16,876 bases of DNA from an uncultured archaeon. GTDB taxonomy: Archaea; Asgardarchaeota; Heimdallarchaeia; Heimdallarchaeales; Kariarchaeaceae. The stretch is taken from assembly GCA_964645535.1 (NCBI GenBank), contig CAZYCQ010000034.1:2204-19079 (forward strand). The letters are read 5' to 3'. The translations under genes and the position numbers were made by a program. Below, one piece after another: positions 16,730-16,876 of this stretch; the first letter of the stretch is position 1; every line of letters starts with the position of its first letter. The notes under the pieces were generated by a model, which worked only from the letters and a program-made list of their open reading frames with translations, did no database searches and was not told where the DNA came from.

Positions 16730-16876
16730 ATGACAATTGCCTTGTGAAATTAAAAAAAAAATTTCCATTGTTGCACTTCATAAGGCACATAATTAGGAAA
16801 AAAAAACAACTTTCAAATCAACAAATCATGGAAATAACCAGCAAATCGACATTATTTTAAATATTTCACTATAAAA

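Noticed and set aside
16730-16806. A10 (16752-16761) and A9 (16798-16806) homopolymers as phase-variation tracts, and the ATG 16768 start
   Set aside because: The signal peptide and TATA spacing favour ATG 16729, which puts the tracts in an AT-rich promoter region; there is no evidence of length variation.

Overview
Archaeal genomic window, most likely from an Asgard archaeon such as Heimdallarchaeia. This placement is inferred from an archaeal membrane-type LonB, BRE/TATA elements about 20-22 nt upstream of start codons, sequon-rich surface proteins and a ~90-aa Ig-like repeat type I associate with Asgard surface proteins. There are 12 supported CDS in three blocks. (1) 220-7261, minus strand: a single-pass membrane protein with an extracellular FG-GAP-type beta-propeller and a cytoplasmic MarR-like winged-HTH, directly upstream of a three-gene surface-protein operon (FG-GAP propeller + Ig adhesin, 6x Ig stalk, 1x Ig anchored protein). 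The receptor ectodomain is visibly paralogous to the adhesin head. (2) 7555-11003: Uma2 nuclease, GNAT, DinB, a polytopic membrane protein and DUF3179. (3) 11055-16729, minus strand: an AT-rich three-gene operon encoding an Ig-like surface protein, a Site-1-protease-like subtilase that has apparently lost its catalytic Asp/His, and a LonB with an intact AAA+ motor but a degenerate Ser-Lys protease site. No rRNA, tRNA, CRISPR or mobile element was seen. All family assignments come from motif recognition by eye; no searches were run.
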